In this document: piece by piece, positions 54,061 to 64,000 of the stretch | Layout of the letters: the number at the start of each line of letters is the position of its first letter | Position numbering within the stretch: the first letter of the stretch is position 1 | Assembly (NCBI RefSeq): GCF_006345805.1 | Contig: NC_042997.1 | Location: 101,494,001-101,558,000 of the forward strand | DNA: 64,000 nt | Direction: 5' to 3' | Source of the DNA: Octopus sinensis | Taxonomy: Eukaryota | Notes under the pieces: generated by a model | Told to the model about the DNA's origin: nothing | The model's input: the letters and a program-made list of their open reading frames with translations, nothing else | The model's database searches: none | Made by a program: the position numbers and the translations under genes

Positions 54061-55306
54061 TGAAGGTCAACTGAAAAGTTCATAGGCTGACCAAGATACT
54101 CTCATGGAATGTGACCACATGAAATTTGTTTTCAACATGGACCCCTTATAGTCCACACACATCTTCCATCAGTGTTGCAGTGCTTGGATCCCATTGGTGA
54201 AGAAGCTTTCATCCTGTTGGTCAAAACTGTCATCAACAGCAGATATGATATCATTATCATTGTGATACTGGTTCCCAGCCTAGTGTTTTTTGTTATGTTG
54301 GGGAACAGATGATAATCAAATAGGGACAAATCAAGAGAATAGGGAGGCTGATCAACCAGTTCAAAGCCATAGTCATACATAACAGCCATTGAAACCAAGG
54401 ATTTGCATGCTGGAGCATTGTCCTCATGAACAAGATGCCTTTCATCTGTTTTCCTTGGCACTTGGTTTTGACAACCTTTCATAGCTGCCTCAGCAAGTTA
54501 GTATAATACTCTCCATTGATGGTGTGGCCCTTTTGAATATACTCAATAAACATAATACCTTTTGCATCCTAAAAAACTGAGGTCATCACCTTTACTGCAG
54601 ATGAAACATTTGCATTCTTTAGAGCAAGTGAGGAAGGGTGTTTCCACTGCATGAATTGTCTCTCTGTCTCTAGCTCAAAGTGATGAGGCCATTACTCATC
54701 CTGGCTTAGGCATCATTCAAGGAAACTAGCTAGATCTGCCTCAAACAATGTCAAATTTTGCTGTCATGTGATCAGCCTGGTGCACTTTTGGTCAGGTGTC
54801 AAAAGACTGTGCACCCACCAAACAAACCATCATGACAAATTCATTGTGCAGAATACTCTCAATTCTTCCATAGACTATGCTAATAGTTTTGGCTTTTTGA
54901 TTTATAGTCAATCGTATGTCATCCATCACCCTGTAGTGAACTTGATCAATGTTTTCCTCAGTAGTGGAAGCTGCAGGATGTTCAGATATTGGTTTATCTT
55001 CAAGACTCACCCTTCACCTCCTAAATTCAGCTGCCCACTTTGCACTGTTGATAAAGCTGGGGTGTCATCCCCTAATGTAGTAATCATGTCAGTATAAATG
55101 CTTTTGGGGACTAAACTGTTTTTCTGCAGGTACTTGATAACACCACAATGCCAGATTTTGTCCATTTTCAAGAGTCAGATGTCAGTTTACCTGGAAAGAA
55201 ACAATGCAGTTATTAATGAGATCAGTTGAAATGAATGCATGCAAGATTTCACAGCTCTAATGTCACTCCTTCATAGTCAGCCTATGAACTTTTCAGCCCA
55301 CCCTTG
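54061..55306 (-). mobile_element. Full-length degenerate mariner transposon
   Basis: TIRs tgaaggtcaactgaaaagttcataggctga and tcagcctatgaacttttcagcccacccttg with TA flanks; remnants HEDNAPAC and PPYSLDLSLFDYHLF. Transposase disrupted. Confidence 0.9.
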
Positions 55307-56045
55307 TACATATGTTTGTACATACACACACACACATAATGGTCTTCTTTCAGTTTCTTTCTATCAAATTCACTTGTAAGTCTTTGATCGACCCAGGGCT
55401 ATATTGTAAGTCTTTGATTGACCCAGGGCTATAGCAGACGGTGCTTCATGATGTCATGCTAACTTAAGTGTTAATATGAAACAGTAAATGTGCAATGAAA
55501 GTGAAACATAGATGTTATTCTTTCACTCTTGACATGTAATAGTGAACCAGTGTAAAAAATTGCTCCGGGCCGCATTAGGGAAGAATTTGAAAACTTTTTG
55601 GCCCATGACACTCTCCCACCAAATTTCAGGCCTTGTGCCTATAGTAGAAAACATTATTAAGCTAGTATTAAGGCAGTGAGCTGGAAGAATTATTAGCACG
55701 TTGGACAAAGTGCTTACTGTCATTTTGTCCACATATAGTTCAAATACTGCTAAAATCAACTTTTATCCTTTCAGGGTCGATAAAATAAGTACCAGTCAAG
55801 TACTGGGATAGATTTAATCATCTTACTCTCTGCAGAAAAACTCATGGTCCTTTGCCAAAATTGGAAACCGTTATTAAGCTAGTATTTGGAACATAAATTT
55901 GAAGTCCATGTCAGAGAACCAAGGGCAACTCTTTGGTATCAAAAAGATTAAACTCTTTCAGTCACCAACCATTATTCTACTATTTTATGTTCTACATTGA
56001 TCACATCCATGTCAGCCCTACTCTCTCAGAAGTCATCATCTAGAG

Positions 56046-56245
56046 CAGTGCTTTTCAAACTTTTTGCTGGAGTGGAACCCCAATGAAACATTCTACTGGC
56101 TCAAGGAACCCCTGTGCAATAATTTAATGGTCTTATGCACACATATCTGCACAGGAGAATTAAAAATTACTGCCGATTTTAGCAGTTTTGTAACTTCTTG
56201 TGGAACCCTTGGACTGTACTGGCGGAACCCTGGTTGAAACCACTG
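56046..56245. mobile_element. hAT/Charlie-type MITE
   Basis: TIRs cagtgcttttcaa and ttgaaaccactg; 8-bp TSD atctagag/ctctagag. Confidence 0.85.
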
Positions 56246-57201
56246 CTCTAGAGTGACATCATTGCACACAACTTGTACTGTGTCTTGCAAATCTCTCAGA
56301 CCGACACAGCTGAATTAGAAATAGCTTAGTGTTTAAACTAAACACTGTTTGCTTCTCACCACTAAATACTGATGGAAATATTTGTTAATTTGACAAATAT
56401 TAACATAGCATCCAGCCTCAAAGCAATGTACAGAGAATGTAAGTTCTTATTAGATCACTGGAATAATATTTGTACTGATATTTTCATATATTCTGTAGAA
56501 TCTATAGCAGAAAAACATACCATTGACATCATTTGTAATACAATGTAACATAAATAAGCAATATGCACAGAAGAGTAAGAGACTTGCTGAGTTGGCAGAA
56601 AACTAAATGAACAATTTAGTGGGTGTGTACAAGAACATATCAGTTTTTATAAAGACTTTTAAATATTTCCTTGCATATGGACTACAGCAAACTAACACTA
56701 TTAAAGCTATATGCTTTGAATATATGGTTAGACTAGAAGGATTAAGGAAATGTGCTAAGATTTTCGTTTTTCTTTCTTTTTTTTTTTTTTCTTTTTCAAT
56801 TTGGTGATAAAATGTCTATCTAGCTTCATATATTCTCTCATAATCATTTTAATAGTAAAGTAATCTGATGAGAAATTGGTAATTGAAATACATTAAAATA
56901 TATATTTAGAATGTAAGTAAACTTTATAAGAATGGAATGAAAATTAAATATTTTTTGTGCTAATAAATAGTCTATAAAATCAACTGGGATGAATTCTAGA
57001 AACTAGATAGTGATTTAGCCTTAACTAATAGAAGTCATATCAGTTATTAAATACTAATGTGAATGAGGTAGAAGAAAAAACTTAAGGTACTGAAATTAAG
57101 ATAAATGTAAACAGAATTCAGTGAAAAGACAAAATGTAAAGAAAAATCACTTTGTTAATGGAGCAAAGTCTTTGTAATGTCCAATAGTATGATGAACTTA
57201 C

Positions 57202-57249
57202 AATTTCTTTGATACAGTAGATCAGATGAAGCAGTGGTAATTTAACTTG
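57202..57249 (-). CDS. Candidate 48-nt symmetric exon (QVKLPLLHLIYCIKEI)
   Basis: Strong acceptor tttctcttttgttttaaattgcag| and donor att|gtaagt. Only phase 0 is open. Confidence 0.4.
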
Positions 57250-58720
57250 CTGCAATTTAAAACAAAAGAGAAACGTAAATGAATGTTTAGAAGAAAGAGA
57301 GTTAGATTAACTTAAATAGATATCATATGAAATTCAAGCAGTAATTCTGCAATGATTAATGCAGTTCAGTAATCTAGTGTCTCGGCCTCTCAGGAGTTTT
57401 AGCTGTTCAATGACAAAAGTAAAGCTGATTATTTAAAAAGTCCTTCATGAATTCTGTTATTTAAAAATGTTCTCTTATAGTTTACTTGTATAATAATTTC
57501 AGTTATATAAGAAAACTGTTGAGATTTTATATCTTTGTTGCTCTTTAGCTCTAGTTCAGCTGTGATCCAAGCTGTTCTGGCTGTAATCATCTTGTCTTTT
57601 GGTATTTGTAGAGATAAATTATTTAATCTGTTCTTTTGGGTTTCTGAGATAGTAGCATCTGATTTGAGGGATATTTGGTAGCTATTTCTAGCCACTCCAG
57701 TGGTTAGATATGTGACGCTTATTGGCTTATAATTCTTATGTAATATTGTGATGTAAGGATTGTTGAATGTGAAGTATAAAAGTGCTGAACTAAATGCTCT
57801 GCAGTATTTAGCTAAATCCATGTATTTTCTGCTTTGCTTGTCATCCTTGCTGAGTCATTAAGTAGCAGTTGTAAGCTGAGGTTTTTCCTGACAATGCTTC
57901 TCACAAATATGAAAAAACTTTGCGTCACAGTTAAAAACATTATTTGTTGTGACTGACTGCTGCTAGCCATTTTGTTGGGGTGGGCTGGTGAAGTTAAAGC
58001 TTTCCAGAATTCATGGCAAGAAACTTTAGTAAAATGATCAATTCACATTTATACCCATAACACTTGGTATTCTGTTTACATTACCAGACTTCTATACAGT
58101 AACCTTGAAATGCTAGGATCCTCAATGAGAAACAGTTAACTTATGTCATTCAAATTAAGTTTATAAACAGAACACTGAAAATATGCAAAATAAATAACAA
58201 TTGTATACATGCGCATGTCAAATTATATATAATACATATGCGCATGTATACATAAATAGATAACGCATGTATAATGTATGAATACATTAAAACATAAATT
58301 CAAACACATATGTTCATACACATGCATGTAATTATATTCAAATATACATACATAAGCTCTCTACAGGATATACGACAATGATAGTTCCTCTATTGTTGCT
58401 TTATGTTGTTAGCTCTGTTAAGTGTCAGGGCTATATCAACAAACTCATGTCACCCACAACATTTTTTTGTAGGTGACCTAGAGCTGCACTCTAATAATAT
58501 TTATGATTATGAAACACAGTTATATGTGGTCACAATATCATAATGCTCTCATGGGATGAATAGAAAGGAAATTTGGCTGGCGATTGAATGTTTGGCTCTT
58601 GTAGTTAACTGAAGCAAAATCATGAACCAGTCAGTGAACTTTATATCAACTGTTTGTCTTTTTCTCCTGACTCCAGTGTTATAAATATTCTGGAACTGAA
58701 AAAGACATGATTAATGTTAA

Positions 58721-58941
58721 CCCTTTAGTGTTTAAACTGGCCAAATCCGGCCCAATATATTCTACATATTTTATATTCAAACTGGCCATATCTAGCCTCT
58801 CACACCTAACCTACATTGACATTCTAAAAATAAATAATCACATCATTGAAACCTCAAAGCTCTAAGATAATGCATGATTAATTCAAAACAATTTAAATAA
58901 AAAAGCATTACATTTAACGGAGTAATCTGAACACTAAAGGG
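58721..58941. mobile_element. piggyBac-type MITE
   Basis: TIRs ccctttagtgtt and aacactaaaggg, with TTAA on both sides. Confidence 0.9.
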
Positions 58942-59359
58942 TTAATGTAAGATGCAAAGTTACTTCAGCAACCTATGAATGGCAGTTGTATCTGACTTCC
59001 TACAAGTACATATCATTCGTTCAATGTTCATTTTTCCCATCCTAACATAGGTTGGATGGGAGATGTCTGAGGCAAGATTTAACAGCTATATGCTATTAGT
59101 GCCACTAACCCTTAGCTGTTTTTTAAGTAAGGTATTTTTTTTATTGCACAGGACTTTGAAAGTGCTGAGCAAGTGGTCTTGATGTCAACAAGGAATGTAT
59201 ACATCATTCACTGTTTCACTTAAGCAAAACCATGGGATATCAACAGTCATGCATGTTTGCACATACAAATGCATGCACACACACACACACACAATATGTG
59301 TGTGTGTGTAGTTGAAAAAAGATGAGAGATCTAGACAAATCAAATTTTTATACATAAAA

Positions 59360-59740
59360 ATGGAGGTGGAAATAGCACAGAAGTAAGTCTAAGATATTTC
59401 AATTCAAGAGGGAATTTAATAGAAATGATTTTAAGAATTATATAAAGTAAACATTACCAGTTTCGATGAATTTCATTTTATCAAATATCAGTAAAAATTT
59501 ATAAAAATTTGAAGTAAAAACAGTTTATCTTTTGTGTGGGGGTCAAGAATATGTCTGACCTCCAGACAGAAGATGAACTATTTTTACTTCAAATTTTTAT
59601 AAATTTTTACTGATATTTGATAAAATGAAATTCATCGAAACTGGTAATATTTTCCTTATATAATTCTTAAAATCATTTCTATTAAATTCCTCTTAAATTG
59701 AAATATCTTAGACTTACTTCTGTGCTATTTCCACCTCCAT
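59360..59740. repeat. Foldback palindrome with ~186-bp arms, about 95% identical, and a ~10-nt loop
   Basis: atggaggtggaaatagcacagaag... mirrors ...cttctgtgctatttccacctccat. About 10 differences by hand alignment; centre at ~59550. Confidence 0.95.
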
Positions 59741-59785
59741 CTGTTTTATTTATATATATATATATTGCTTGTTTTTGTGTAAAGC

Positions 59786-59820
<35 letters not shown>

Positions 59821-60996
59821 ATGTATATAAAAAAAACAGTTAAATAGTAAATTAAAGGCAGTAGAGAACCCTATTTATTTATTTTTACAAGGGAAATGTT
59901 GACTGACTGCAAAGTCTTTGCTTACTTGCCATCATCAGGCTGTGGCTTGGCTTGGCTTGGCTTGGTTTTTCAAACCTTATACATAGTCTTTTGACAAGCG
60001 GGTGTTCATTTAGTGGATGTTTATGAAAATTAGGTGTGGAGGAAATCTATTTGTAAAAAAACAGAAGTGTTTGCATAGGAAAAGAAAAGAGAGAAAGTAT
60101 ATGTTTATAGAGTTTGAGTAGAGTGACCAACATAGTAGGCACCATTTTCTTGCTTAAGGTTTTCTTTGACAGCAACTGCTTGTTGATAAAATGAGAGGGA
60201 ATGTCATTTCTTTACATGTTATTGTTTGGTTTCATTGAAGCGTGTATGTATTGTTAGGTTTCAAAACTTAGGTCAGTATAGGAGTTCATGTATCTGGTTA
60301 CATTGAGGTTACAGTTATTATTAGTAGAATGCTTTCAAAAGTCTAAACTGAATTTTATATATATAAGAAGGCGTGTGACCTAGTGGTCAGGGTGAGATCA
60401 TGGTATTGATTCCCAAGTTGGCTGCTTGTTGTGTCTTGAATAAAACACTTTTATCTCATGTTGCTCCAACCCTCTCAGCTATAAATGGGTAACCCTGTGA
60501 CAGACGGCATTCTGTTCAGGAGAAATTTAGCCTGCCTATCTGCCGGGGTAGCTTCATTCAAGATCTAAAACAATGCAAAACACATTGTGACCAGTAACAT
60601 ATAGCAACATTTGATACTCTGGTAGATACTGTGATATGTATCAGTGCGTGTGAAGGCACATGGCTTAGTGGTTAGTGTTGCACTCACGATTGCAAGATCG
60701 TGGGTTCGATTCCTAGACCAGGTGTTGCATTGTATTTTTGAGCAAAGCACTTCATTTCATGTTGCTCTGCAATCATTTTGTTATCTGACATGTGGTACAC
60801 AGTGCACCTGTACAGGCAATGTTGATTTGATGGAGTGAGTGAGCTTATGTGTACACAAACATTTGATCACTATAAACAAACCATCTGTATGGTTGTTCAG
60901 CAAGAAATTGCTGAACCTTCATACATTGTCTAACAATGGGAGAGTCCATGTTATATGTGTGTGTGTGTGTGTATATATACATATATATATATATAT

Positions 60997-63939
60997 CATC
61001 ATCATCATCATCGTTTAGCGTCCGTTTTCCATGCTAGCATGGGTTGGACGGTTCTACTGGGGGTCTGTGAAGCCAGAAGGCTTCATCAGGCCCAGTCAAA
61101 TCTGGCAGTGTTTCTACGGCTGGATGCCCTTCCTAACGCCAACCACTCCGTGAGTGTAGTGGGTGCTTTTTACGTGCCACCCGCACTGGTGCCAGACAGA
61201 GCTGGCAAACGGCCACGAACGGACGGTGCTTTTTATGTGCCACCGGCATGAGGGCCAGGCGAGGCTGGCAACGGACACGAAACGGGGCGGTGCTGGCAAC
61301 GGTCGCGAAACGGAAAGTTCTCTTACATGCCACCGGCACTGGTAACACATCTGCAATTTCCATTGATCGATTTCCATTGATCGATTTCGATTCTGATCGT
61401 CACTTGCCTCAACGGGTCTTCACAAGCAGAGTTTTGACATGCCACCGGCACTGGTAGCACATCCGCAATTTCCATTGATCGATTTCGATTCTGATCCTCA
61501 CTTGCCTCATCACGTCTTCACAAGGAGAGTTTTGTGTCCCAAGAAGGGAAGGTATGCATACGTAGGCTGGCTCCATCCCATGTAGAAGGCCACGGGTTAT
61601 GGACTCACTTGTCCTGCCGGGTCTTCTCGCGCACAGCACACTTCCAGAGGTCTCGGTCTCTAGTCATTTCCTCAGTGAGACCTAAAGTTCGAAGGTCGTG
61701 CTTCACCACCTCGTCCCAGGTTTTCCTGGGTCTGCCTCTTCCACAGGTTCCCTCAACCGCTAGGGTGTGGCACTTTTTCACACAACTATCTTCATCCATT
61801 CTCGCCACATGACCATACCAGCGCAAACGTCTCTCTTGCACACCACAACTGATGCTTCTTAGGTCCAGCTTTTCTCTCAAGGTACTTACACTCTGCCGAG
61901 TGTGAGTACCGGCATTACACATCCATCGGAGCATACTGGCTTCATTTCTAGCGAGCTTACGCATATCCTCAGCAGTCACGGCCCATGTTTCACTGCCATG
62001 TAGCATGGCTGTTCGTACACACGCATCATACAGTCTGCCTTTCACTCTGTGCGAGAGGCCTTTTGTCACCAGTAGAGGTAAGAGCTCTCTGAACTTTGCC
62101 CAAGCTATTCTTACTCTAGCAGTTACACTTTCAGCACACCCGCCCCCGCTGCTGACTTGGTCACCTAGGTAACGGAAACTATCAACTATTTCTAGTTTTT
62201 CTCCCTGGAAAGTGACGGAAGTTGGTCTCAGAGCATTTTCAGTGTTTATTGTTCCTGAGCATCTGCCACATACAAAAACCATCTTCCTAGTTAGCCTTCC
62301 TTTGACATTGCTGCATCTCTTATGTGTCCATAGCTTACACTTGGTGCATCTTATAGAGTTTCTACCTACACCTTTTCTACAGATCGAGCAGGGCCATCTA
62401 CCTGAAGGTGTTTGTGATTTGTCTACCTTCCTACTGATTACGACTTTGGTTTTAGCTAGATTGACTCTGAGGCCCTTCGATTCTAATCCTTGTTTCCACA
62501 CCTGAAACTTCTCCTCCAGTTCTGATAGCGACTCAGCAATTAGAGCAAGGTCATCAGCATAGAGGAGCTCCCAAGGGCATCCTGTCTTGAATTCCTCCGT
62601 TATTGCCTGGAGGACTATGATAAATAGGAGGGGGCTGAGTACTGAGCCTTGGTGGACTCCTACCTCTACCCGGAATTCTTCACTGTACACATTTCCAACC
62701 CTCACCCTACTAGCGGCGTCCCTGTACATGGCCCGCACAGCTCTCACTAACCATTCATCTATCCCTAGTTTCCTCATTGCCCACCAGATAAGGGATCGGG
62801 GGACCCTGTCGAAGGCTTTCTCCATGTCAACAAAAGCCAGGTACAGGGGCTTATCTTTGGCTAGGTATTTCTCCTGCAGCTGCCTTACCAGGAATATAGC
62901 ATCAGTAGTACTTTTCCCTGGCACAAACCCAAACTGCATCTCATCTAAACTAACTCTCTCTCTAATTAGTTGGGCTATGACCCTCTCCGTAACCTTCATC
63001 ACCTGGTCCAACAGCTTGATACATCTGTAGTTATTTGTATCTAGGGCATCACCTTTACCTTTGTAGCAGTTGACTATTATACTGCTACACCAGTCATTGG
63101 GTATGACCCCTTTGTGTATCACCTGATTAACTATACGGGTGACTAGGCTATAGCCGACACTACCAGACATTTTGAGCGTCTCTGCAGTGATTCCTGATGG
63201 GCCTGGGGCTTTCCCTGTCTTCATGCTTCTAATTGCCTTAGCTACCACGGAACTATCAACTCGGATAGCTGGTCCCTCTGTTGGGTCAACATTCGGCAGA
63301 CTCTCTTTATCCCATTCATTTTCTTCATTCAGCAACCTTTCATAGTGGCATCTCCAAACCTCTCTCTTTGCATCCTCATTTAGCGCAAGTGAACCATCTT
63401 CCATGCGAACACACTTCTCTCCTACCACATCACGATTCTCTCTCACACACTGTCTTGCAACACGAAGCACCTCCAGTCTTTGGTCCTCACGGCGCAGAAC
63501 ATTGGCAAATTTTTTCTTATCTGCTTCCCCTCTAGCTAAATAAACCTGTCTCCTAGCTTCTCTTTTGGCAGTCTGATACAATCCCCTGCTACCCCCATTT
63601 TTCCAGACCTTCCAAGCCTGTCTCTTTTCTCTAATAGCCCTGTCTACAATATTGTTCCACCACCACGTTATTCTAGGTCGAGAGGGGACTTTGCACCAGC
63701 CACAGATCTGGTCAGTGGCTCTCAGCAGGTTGTCCCTTAGAAACGTCCAGCTGTCTTCTACCCCCTGTGATGCTCTATCCCCTTCTACTTCGTCAGAGGC
63801 TTCAAGTAATATGTCCCTAAATCTCTGTCCATTTGCAGGATCTTTAAGCTTCCAGATCCTTCTTCTCCATATTTGTCGTCTTCTGGTTGTCCTCCTAGTC
63901 CTGATCCTAAAGTCACTAACTACCAGTCTATGTTGTGGG

Positions 63940-63944
<5 letters not shown>
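60997..63944 (-). mobile_element. Young 5'-truncated RTE-clade LINE with ~600-nt 3' UTR and (GAT)n tail
   Basis: Intact ORF2 remainder and modular 3' UTR. Both ends lie in (TA)n, with the same tacatatatatatatatat at 60978-60996 and 63941-63959 (TSD-like). Confidence 0.95.
61605..63944 (-). CDS. RTE ORF2 remainder: end of APE endonuclease, reverse transcriptase and embedded PHD finger
   Basis: The frame stays open upstream of the track's TTG to 63944 (CTPQHRLVVSDF), 780 codons including the stop. Motifs KAPGPSG, QFGFVPG, FVDMEKAFDRV, GVHQGSVLSP, YADD (62550-62561) and FRYLG. Confidence 0.93.
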
Positions 63945-63999
<55 letters not shown>

Positions 64000-64000
64000 G

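Noticed and set aside
55373-55432. 30-bp tandem duplication
   Set aside because: A local slippage event inside a decayed SINE-A fragment.
57429-57821. 130-aa minus-strand ORF
   Set aside because: No recognisable domain and no convincing splice boundaries. It may be chance or decayed LINE sequence; a BLASTp hit would overturn this.
61534-63535. Plus-strand ORFs of 84-147 aa
   Set aside because: They are antisense shadows of the RTE ORF2.

Overview
AT-rich eukaryotic DNA. It looks like an octopod cephalopod, judged from recalled Octopus-type tRNA-derived SINE and RTE families and dense (TA)n; this was not confirmed by any search. No host gene could be named. The window is mostly transposon debris: three or four SINE families, RTE, R4/Dong and L1/Tx1 LINEs, Penelope-like elements (PLEs), mariner, Tigger, and hAT and piggyBac MITEs. 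The only long intact coding frame is ORF2 of a young, 5'-truncated RTE LINE (minus strand, 61605-63944), with a C4HC3 PHD finger inside its reverse transcriptase. A CpG-retaining domain (~20.5-41.4 kb) lies between CpG-depleted flanks, suggesting an unmethylated promoter/intergenic block between methylated gene bodies. A few isolated small exons are plausible but unproven. The most notable non-coding signals are PLE-associated hammerhead ribozymes with very long stem II, repeated pseudoknot-like modules in the RTE 3' UTR, a ~380-bp foldback palindrome, a pre-miRNA-like hairpin and head-to-tail SINE arrays. All coordinates were read by eye, and repeat boundaries are approximate.
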